Assembly: GCA_013239625.1 (NCBI GenBank)
Contig: MU053629.1
Coordinates: 1,267,567 to 1,331,566, forward strand
DNA: 64,000 nucleotides
DNA from: Lama guanicoe
Lineage: Eukaryota
Reading direction: 5' to 3'
A model generated the notes under the pieces. The model saw only the letters and a list, made by a program, of their open reading frames with translations. It was not told where the DNA came from and searched no databases. Shown here piece by piece: positions 63,901-64,000 of this stretch. Numbering within the stretch: position 1 is the first letter of the stretch; each line of letters begins with the position of its first letter. The translations under genes were made by a program, and so were the position numbers.

Positions 63901-64000
63901 TACCAGAGTCCTCCGAGATTCTAACTGGGAGGTGCTACAAACAGGGAGAGTTCTACTCCAAAGCAGACTGAAGTAGATGCTGCTGCTAAGGACAGGCAGG

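Noticed and set aside
1..64000. A novel multi-gene biological system
   Set aside because: No supported genes or gene cluster; the window is explained by known repeat classes plus unannotated unique DNA.

Overview
Mammalian (eutherian) genomic DNA, repeat-dense and apparently intronic or intergenic. I could not recognise any host protein-coding gene. The only ORFs with recognisable homology are broken C-terminal LINE-1 ORF2 fragments; the rest of the ORF track looks like chance ORFs. Sixteen copies of a tRNA-Ala(AGC)-headed SINE, plus young 5'-truncated L1 ends, suggest a camelid genome (vic-1-type SINE; inference from recalled family structure). Older MIR, L2, MLT/ERVL, ERV1 LTR and hAT/Tigger relics fill much of the rest. 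The most notable structures are an ~80-bp non-repeat inverted duplication pasted into a MIR ~1 kb from its source, two same-family LTRs in inverted orientation, nested and twin-primed retro-insertions, tail-only insertions with TSDs, divergent CTCF-like sites, and weak candidate promoter/exon signals (minus strand near 46.0 kb and 8.5 kb). I see no evidence for a new multi-gene biological system. Repeat family names come from remembered consensus sequences, not a database search, and most repeat boundaries are approximate.
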